Positions 8,116 to 12,701 of a stretch of DNA of 12,701 nt are shown piece by piece. Origin of the DNA: a virus (Duplodnaviria > Heunggongvirae > Uroviricota > Caudoviricetes); the IMG/VR virus record IMGVR_UViG_3300021399_000137, positions 69,938 to 82,638 of that record; one strand, written 5' to 3'. A program made the translations under genes and the position numbers. How positions within the stretch are numbered: position 1 is the first letter of the stretch; each line of letters begins with the position of its first letter. Under the pieces are notes generated by a model. It was not told the DNA's origin. It saw nothing but the letters and a program-made list of their open reading frames with translations, and searched no databases.

Positions 8116-8647
8116 TTTTTTCTAATCCTCCTAAGATTTGTAAAATCTTATCTTTATTCTTTCTATATTCCATCATTTTATAATATATTGCTAAATTAGG
8201 ACAATGTTCTGCCATAAATTTATCTAATTCTACTCCAGAAATATCTCTATCATTAATGTAATCTAAAGCGTCTAGTATATCTATAAAGTCACATTTAAAA
8301 TCTAAATCTTTAGGATATTTAATACATGTTTTTATTCTGCTATGTAAAGATGATGAAATATTATCCTCTGATGCTAATAATATTAATGGTAACTTTATTT
8401 CTTCTACTAGCTTTAATAGTATAGTATCTCTATATAAAGCTGATATATCTTCTACAACTATAGGTTTATTATATTCTATGTTATAAAAATTAGTAATTAA
8501 TTCTTTAGCATCTTCAGTATTATAAATCTTATAGATGTTTCCTTTATAAATCATTTTAAATAAAGTCATAGCTCCACCTATTAATAGTACTGGAGTTTTA
8601 CCTTTTATATCTTTTAAAGTTTCATAAATATAATCTAGTTTAGTCAT
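8099..8647 (-). CDS. Degenerate AAA+ clamp-loader-like protein (DNA polymerase III delta-prime / RFC-small-like)
   Basis: Walker-B-like IVVEDIS, then LLKLVEE, LILLAS and SSLHSRIK, resembling the clamp-loader pattern LLKxLEE...FILxT...TIxSRC. No GKT Walker A (PVLLIGGAMT). AAGGAGG RBS. Confidence 0.55.
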   Translation of the reverse strand: MTKLDYIYETLKDIKGKTPVLLIGGAMTLFKMIYKGNIYKIYNTEDAKELITNFYNIEYNKPIVVEDISALYRDTILLKLVEEIKLPLILLASEDNISSSLHSRIKTCIKYPKDLDFKCDFIDILDALDYINDRDISGVELDKFMAEHCPNLAIYYKMMEYRKNKDKILQILGGLEKNEKSN

Positions 8648-8677
8648 ACTAAACCTCCTTTATATTTATTATGATGC

Positions 8678-8705
8678 AAAAAATAAGGAGGCTGTTACCT
8701 CCTTA
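8678..8705 (-). terminator. Intrinsic terminator
   Basis: Minus strand TAAGGAGG-TAACAG-CCTCCTTA followed by TTTTTT. Confidence 0.85.
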
Positions 8706-8775
8706 GCACAGACTCCATGTAGGAGTGCACCTCTATATCTAGCAGTGGAGGATAGTCCACTGTCGCTAGCTACTT
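8678..8775 (-). ncRNA. Candidate structured small RNA or cis-regulatory leader (two hairpins plus terminator)
   Basis: GC-rich intergenic island. Hairpin 8739-8769 (CTAG-CGA-CAGTGGA-loop-TCCACTG-CTAG), hairpin 8706-8728 (ACTCC/GGAGT core), then the terminator; TATAAT boxes upstream at 8786-8781 and 8796-8791. No known family recognised. Confidence 0.4.
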
Positions 8776-8791
8776 CTAATATTATATATAA

Positions 8792-9067
8792 TTATAATGC
8801 TAAATTAGTAAGATAGTCATCTAAATTTAATAATAAATCTACATCGTTTAAATCTTCTTCTTTAATGCCTAATTTAATTAATTCAGATTTTTCCCAATTT
8901 ATTCTGTCATCGTCGTCATCCCAAGCATTAGCATTTATCATTCGACTTATTTTATCTATTAAAGGTTTTAAATATTCAGGAATTTCTGTATTATTCCAAT
9001 CTACATTATTCATATCATTAACTAATTTGTCTATACTAATTTCTTTATTTAATATTATCTGACTCAT
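8792..9067 (-). CDS. Hypothetical acidic protein (91 aa); may be a frameshifted continuation of 9045..9347
   Basis: ORF with no clear SD sequence; its ATG lies 23 nt inside the upstream gene. Confidence 0.65.
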   Translation of the reverse strand: MSQIILNKEISIDKLVNDMNNVDWNNTEIPEYLKPLIDKISRMINANAWDDDDDRINWEKSELIKLGIKEEDLNDVDLLLNLDDYLTNLAL

Positions 9068-9347
9068 CTAAATACTCAGCATTATCTTCAAATGTAGTAG
9101 AAACTAAACTTTTAACTGTATCTAAATCGTCACCATCCATTTCACATTGGTCAAATACTGATTGAACTTCATTCTCTAAAACTCCATCTGGAATTTCGTT
9201 TATTAATTGTTGAATATCATCCATATCTTCACAACTATCTAGTCTTTGTGCAAAGTTTTCTGCATCCTCTATAGTAATAGACTCTTTTAAATTTTCTTCT
9301 TTTAAATTATTTTGTATACTTTCAAATAATTTTCTTGTTTCACTCAT
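9045..9347 (-). CDS. Leader-bearing, very acidic small protein (100 aa)
   Basis: N-terminus MSETRKLFESIQNNLKE; D/E-rich helical body; AAGGAGG RBS. Confidence 0.85.
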   Translation of the reverse strand: MSETRKLFESIQNNLKEENLKESITIEDAENFAQRLDSCEDMDDIQQLINEIPDGVLENEVQSVFDQCEMDGDDLDTVKSLVSTTFEDNAEYLDESDNIK

Positions 9348-9834
9348 TTTTATAAACCTCCTTAATTACTTTAGCAATTTTACAAATATATTCTTTTCTA
9401 TCTGATTTTATAATAAATTCATCGATAGATTTATCATATTCTTTTCCGATATATGCATTTACAAAGCTAGATATTACTAAATCTCTATCTAATTCTGGGT
9501 TGTCTAATAATGTTTGTCTACATACTAAAACTGAATAATCTAAATTATACGGACCTTTTAACTCTACAGGTTCTACCTCATAAAGATAATTATATTCTGA
9601 TTTATATTCATTAGCAATATTTATATCATTAGTTAAATATACTGCTCTAGATATAAATTTAATTCCTAAAGCTGTATTATATGCTAGTGCTATATCTTTA
9701 GGTATACTGTTTACATTTACAATTAAGTCACCTGGTTCATAGTGAGTACCATTACCACTATAAAATATATTGTTTGAGTTATCTTCGTTAAGGCTATTTT
9801 CTATACTTTCTAATAACTTTCTTGTTTCACTCAT
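9340..9834 (-). CDS. Leader-bearing ADP-ribosyltransferase-like protein (Arr / H-Y-E clade-like)
   Basis: Leader MSETRKLLESIENSLNE; IFYSGN...PGDLI (compare FYHGT...GDLL), AVYLTNDINIANEY, YLYEVEP, and a C-terminal strand KEYI...AKVIKEV. The canonical His is replaced by Ser. Confidence 0.55.
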   Translation of the reverse strand: MSETRKLLESIENSLNEDNSNNIFYSGNGTHYEPGDLIVNVNSIPKDIALAYNTALGIKFISRAVYLTNDINIANEYKSEYNYLYEVEPVELKGPYNLDYSVLVCRQTLLDNPELDRDLVISSFVNAYIGKEYDKSIDEFIIKSDRKEYICKIAKVIKEVYKNE

Positions 9835-9847
9835 AATTATTCCTCCT

Positions 9848-10093
9848 TTATCTTTCCAAATCTTCTTCTTTAGATTTAACTAATCCTCGTTCTAAAGCTT
9901 CTTTATATGGCATAGCATTAAAGTGAAAATGAGTTCCTTCTTTACTCCACATATCATAACTACTATCACCAGGATTAAATATGATATGGTCTATTTGTGG
10001 ATGTTGTCTAGTATCAGTTATGAATGTTAAATCATCTCCACCTATGTAATAATTTCTATCTCTTAAAAACTGTTGTATTTCCCAATCATACAT
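9848..10093 (-). CDS. Hypothetical protein (81 aa), no leader
   Basis: ORF with AAGGAG RBS; no recognised family. Confidence 0.75.
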   Translation of the reverse strand: MYDWEIQQFLRDRNYYIGGDDLTFITDTRQHPQIDHIIFNPGDSSYDMWSKEGTHFHFNAMPYKEALERGLVKSKEEDLER

Positions 10094-10113
10094 CTTTTGT
10101 TTCTCCTTATATT

Positions 10114-10341
10114 TTATTTTTCTCGATATTTAAACTTATCTTGATAGTTTTTATTAATCCAATATTGATTTAATACTTTACAGTTCTCTTCATAGTTTTC
10201 TAAAAACTTCATAGAGTCTATTAAAACATCTAGTTTTTCTAACGCACTTATTGGGTCTATAGACTCTTCTTTTAAAGCTTCACCTTCGTGTTGAAGTAAG
10301 CTTATTAATTTATCTATCATTAATTTCTTATTATCATCCAT
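10114..10341 (-). CDS. Hypothetical helical protein (75 aa), no leader
   Basis: ORF with AAAGGA RBS; no recognised family. Confidence 0.7.
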   Translation of the reverse strand: MDDNKKLMIDKLISLLQHEGEALKEESIDPISALEKLDVLIDSMKFLENYEENCKVLNQYWINKNYQDKFKYREK

Positions 10342-10362
10342 TTATACTAATCCTTTCAAAGT

Positions 10363-11379
10363 TTAATAAGTATTTATAGCTCCTGTATCAGCATAATAAT
10401 ATCCTTCAAAGTTTAAATCTCTACCAAAAGCTTCGTAATCAAAATGATTTTCAAAAAATCCATTGTCATTATCAGCAATAGCAGTTTGTATATCTTCATC
10501 TACCATAGCATCTAAAGTCTCTTCTGAATATTCTTCATCTACAGAGTCTAAATATTCTTCTATCCCTTCAGCTACAGAGTTTCTGTCAATATAATTTTCT
10601 TTATTAGATACGCCTTCAAAACCAACCATATCAACATAAGCTTTACCTAAATCTTCGTCATTATCTACTCCTGGAAAAAATATATAATCTCCACTTTCAT
10701 AAATGTTTAATGCTTCTTCAAAGTTATCATTGTGCTCTTCAAATATAGCTAAGAAAGCGTCTTTATTATTAATATCCTCTAATTTTTCTAATTGTTCTAT
10801 TATTTCCCAAGGGTTATCATATTCATCTACACTAATAGGACAATTTTCAGTATCATTTATAAAAGGTTCTTCGTCTTTATGAGCTTCTAAAAATTCTTTA
10901 GCTTGGTCTACAGACATCCAACCACCATTTATAGACTCTACATCTGCGCCATTAATATTATAATTACCCCAAGTATTCATATATAGTTGAATATTATTAA
11001 AATCTTCATCTTCATGTAAATGTTTTTCAGGTTTAACTATAGATGACTCTTTAACAATTCTATCTTTATTTATTATCTTTTCTAATACTTCATTTATATT
11101 AGTATTAGTAATTATTTTTTCTTGGTCTGCAGGAGTTAAAGCTTGATAACCTCCATCTTTACCACTAGCTATTATAGTAGTCCATTTCCAATCTTGACCA
11201 AAATCAAAATAAGTGTTTTGAACTGAATAAGAATGCTTCAATCCACTTCTATTTAATTTAATACAAAAATCTTTTAAGCGTTTAAACTCTAAGCTGTCTT
11301 CAGGAAATACTCTAATAAATTCAGAGTTTTCATTTAAATTTCTTTGGAAACTTTCAAATAATTTTTTAGTATTTGACAT
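10363..11379 (-). CDS. ardA: Leader + unknown domain + ArdA anti-restriction (type I RM DNA-mimic) domain
   Basis: IQLYMNTWGNYN (ArdA VYIANLGKYN), EEPFINDTENCPISVDEYDN (EEYAIHDYELPFTVDEY) and NHFDYEAFGRDLNFEGYY (NYIDYQAYGRDLDLSG) match ArdA motifs from aa ~124 to 338; strongly acidic; leader MSNTKKLFESFQRNLNE. Confidence 0.85.
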   Translation of the reverse strand: MSNTKKLFESFQRNLNENSEFIRVFPEDSLEFKRLKDFCIKLNRSGLKHSYSVQNTYFDFGQDWKWTTIIASGKDGGYQALTPADQEKIITNTNINEVLEKIINKDRIVKESSIVKPEKHLHEDEDFNNIQLYMNTWGNYNINGADVESINGGWMSVDQAKEFLEAHKDEEPFINDTENCPISVDEYDNPWEIIEQLEKLEDINNKDAFLAIFEEHNDNFEEALNIYESGDYIFFPGVDNDEDLGKAYVDMVGFEGVSNKENYIDRNSVAEGIEEYLDSVDEEYSEETLDAMVDEDIQTAIADNDNGFFENHFDYEAFGRDLNFEGYYYADTGAINTY

Positions 11380-11381
11380 CT

Positions 11382-11825
11382 TTATACCTCCTTATATATA
11401 ATTCCATTCATTCCTATAGTAACATCTAATCTATCTCCTTCTGAATTTTCTCCAAAAGCTTCTTCATTTTTATATGTAGGAGTAAATCCTTTAGATAACA
11501 TTTCATCTGATATACAGACTCCTTTATACTCCTTAGGAGTTCCTACTTTAAAAATATTACTATGGTCTATTACTTTATTATTAATTACATTCCAAAAATG
11601 TGGTTGATATGAACCGTCTTCTAAAACTACTTTACCACCATAAATTTTTTCAGCATCGTTCTCTGAATATGCTTTAAAAGCATTTATTTTACAAGCATCA
11701 GTTCTAGGATTATAATTTTTACCCTTTTCAAATTCAGTAAAACTTTCAGCATTATTTGGAAGATTTATATCTTCATTAAGATTATTTTGTATACTTTCTA
11801 ATAATTTCATTGTATCATTTTTCAT
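11382..11825 (-). CDS. Leader-bearing papain/transglutaminase-fold-like protein (putative Cys-His-Asp triad)
   Basis: Leader MKNDTMKLLESIQNNLNE; DAC45KINA, YGG, QPH76FWNV and VID87 fit the C-x2-N...H-x-W...D pattern. Confidence 0.5.
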   Translation of the reverse strand: MKNDTMKLLESIQNNLNEDINLPNNAESFTEFEKGKNYNPRTDACKINAFKAYSENDAEKIYGGKVVLEDGSYQPHFWNVINNKVIDHSNIFKVGTPKEYKGVCISDEMLSKGFTPTYKNEEAFGENSEGDRLDVTIGMNGIIYKEV

Positions 11826-11838
11826 AATATCCTCCTTT

Positions 11839-12357
11839 TTAAATTTCTTCTACTTTTCCTTTAATATCTTTATTATTGTTAATTAAATTAATTAAATCAT
11901 GTTCAGCATTATCTTTATCAGAATAAACTTTAGCGTTATCTCTATTAACTATTGATTTATCATCACTTAGATAACCCTCTTCATTTGTAGATAAATTAGA
12001 TGCATATACTATATATTTATTTTCTACGTCTATAAATGTAGATTTATCAAAATCATTTTTTAATTTTTTAATTGTACTATAAATATCATTAGATTTTTCT
12101 ACACTTAAATGTATACTAGGTCCATTCATATTTCCTTTATTAGTATGTAAAACTGTTCCTTTATCTTTTTTAGTATCTAATTTAACATATTTTCCTGCGT
12201 CTGTAATCCATAGGTCGGCATTATCATAACTTACTGATATAGATTTAGCAGTTTGTTTAGCATTTTTATCAAATATAGATTTTACTGCATTTAAAAGTTC
12301 ACTTTCATTTAAATTAGATTGTATACTTTCTAACAGTTTTATTGTATCATTTTTCAT
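11839..12357 (-). CDS. Leader-bearing hypothetical protein (172 aa)
   Basis: Leader MKNDTIKLLESIQSNLNE; AAGGAG RBS; C-terminal module ending NAKVYSDKDNAE. Confidence 0.8.
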   Translation of the reverse strand: MKNDTIKLLESIQSNLNESELLNAVKSIFDKNAKQTAKSISVSYDNADLWITDAGKYVKLDTKKDKGTVLHTNKGNMNGPSIHLSVEKSNDIYSTIKKLKNDFDKSTFIDVENKYIVYASNLSTNEEGYLSDDKSIVNRDNAKVYSDKDNAEHDLINLINNNKDIKGKVEEI

Positions 12358-12371
12358 AATAATATTCTCCT

Positions 12372-12701
12372 TTATTTTTTAGAAGATTTTTTTCTTTTAG
12401 TCTTTTTAGTATTTTTGTCTAGTTGTTTAAGTAGACCTTCAACCCAATCAGACAATTCTGGATATAGTTTAATAGTATCTTTATTAGATTGATAATATTG
12501 GTTAGCTGTATCTCCAAACACATAACCCATAGCTTGCCAATCACAAATCATTTCTATATATGCTTTTTTAACTAAATTTTCATTTTCTAATGGAATTAAT
12601 TCTCCACTTTCATCTATCCAATGTTGCCAATGATGTGGATTATTTTGAAAATGATGATACCAAGCAGCTTGAAAATTAGCTTCGTTAGCTATAGATCGGA
12701 A
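12372..12701 (-). CDS. DUF5662-like HD-related protein (5' part outside the window). Not in the supplied ORF track
   Basis: Hand translation: ...FQAAWYHHFQNNPHHWQHWIDESG...AYIEMICDWQAMG...KKSSKK*, with TAA at 12374-12372. The AWxHH...NxHHWxxW...EMICDW signature is what I recall for DUF5662. Confidence 0.7.
   Translation of the reverse strand, partial: FRSIANEANFQAAWYHHFQNNPHHWQHWIDESGELIPLENENLVKKAYIEMICDWQAMGYVFGDTANQYYQSNKDTIKLYPELSDWVEGLLKQLDKNTKKTKRKKSSKK

Larger units (their letters stand above)
9297..12357 (-). repeat. Five dispersed copies of a 51-54 nt leader-coding segment at gene starts (9297-9347, 9784-9834, 11329-11379, 11772-11825, 12304-12357)
   Basis: Examples: ATGAGTGAAACAAGAAAATTATTTGAAAGTATACAAAAT vs ATGAGTGAAACAAGAAAGTTATTAGAAAGTATAGAAAAT, and ATGAAAAATGATACAATGAAATTATTAGAAAGTATACAA vs ATGAAAAATGATACAATAAAACTGTTAGAAAGTATACAA. 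Similarity ends right after the LNE/LKE codons. Confidence 0.9.
1..12701 (-). mobile_element. Segment of a probable large (jumbo-type) bacteriophage of a low-GC Firmicute host
   Basis: Single-strand, tightly packed and overlapping small hypothetical ORFs; acidic proteins with repeated L-x-E motifs typical of processed phage head proteins; ArdA, ART-like and SF2 accessory genes; isolated spoVS outside its chromosomal context; Firmicute-type GGAGG RBS. No hallmark structural gene is in the window. Confidence 0.7.

Noticed and set aside
8700-8775. tRNA or a known riboswitch
   Set aside because: No cloverleaf, T-loop or CCA end, and no aptamer consensus I recognise; kept only as an unknown structured RNA candidate.
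8865-9062. Plus-strand 65-aa ORF from the track
   Set aside because: Fully antisense to 8792..9067, no SD, and against the uniform minus-strand orientation.
9297-12357. Shared leaders as Sec/Tat/lipoprotein signal peptides
   Set aside because: No hydrophobic core, twin-arginine motif or lipobox; the leaders are polar and amphipathic and end in L-x-E.

Overview
A very AT-rich, densely coded window. All credible genes are on the minus strand with strong GGAGG Shine-Dalgarno sites, and genetic code 11 fits. It reads best as part of a large (jumbo-type) phage of a low-GC Firmicute host, although no capsid, portal or protease gene is in view, so that is an inference. Reading in the direction of transcription: (1) a partial HD-like DUF5662 gene; (2) an array of small genes, five of which share an 17-18 aa N-terminal leader (KL[FL]ES[IF][QE]x[NS]L[NK]E) on unrelated cargo domains, including an ArdA anti-restriction DNA mimic, an ADP-ribosyltransferase-like domain and a Cys-His-Asp papain/transglutaminase-like domain; (3) a GC-rich structured non-coding element with a terminator; (4) a degenerate clamp-loader-like AAA+ gene; (5) an SF2 DExH helicase with seven tandem HTH repeats under its own sigma-A-type promoter; (6) a spoVS homologue; (7) three large acidic modular proteins whose modules are separated by [LVI]-x-E|[SAD] motifs. 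The main hypothesis is a capsid-targeting-leader plus prohead-protease-processed cargo system. It would be analogous to T4 internal proteins (capsid targeting sequence, gp21 cleavage after L/I-x-E) but with a different leader, and would pre-load anti-defence effectors into the virion. Domain calls come from motif recognition by eye and need HMM or structure confirmation.
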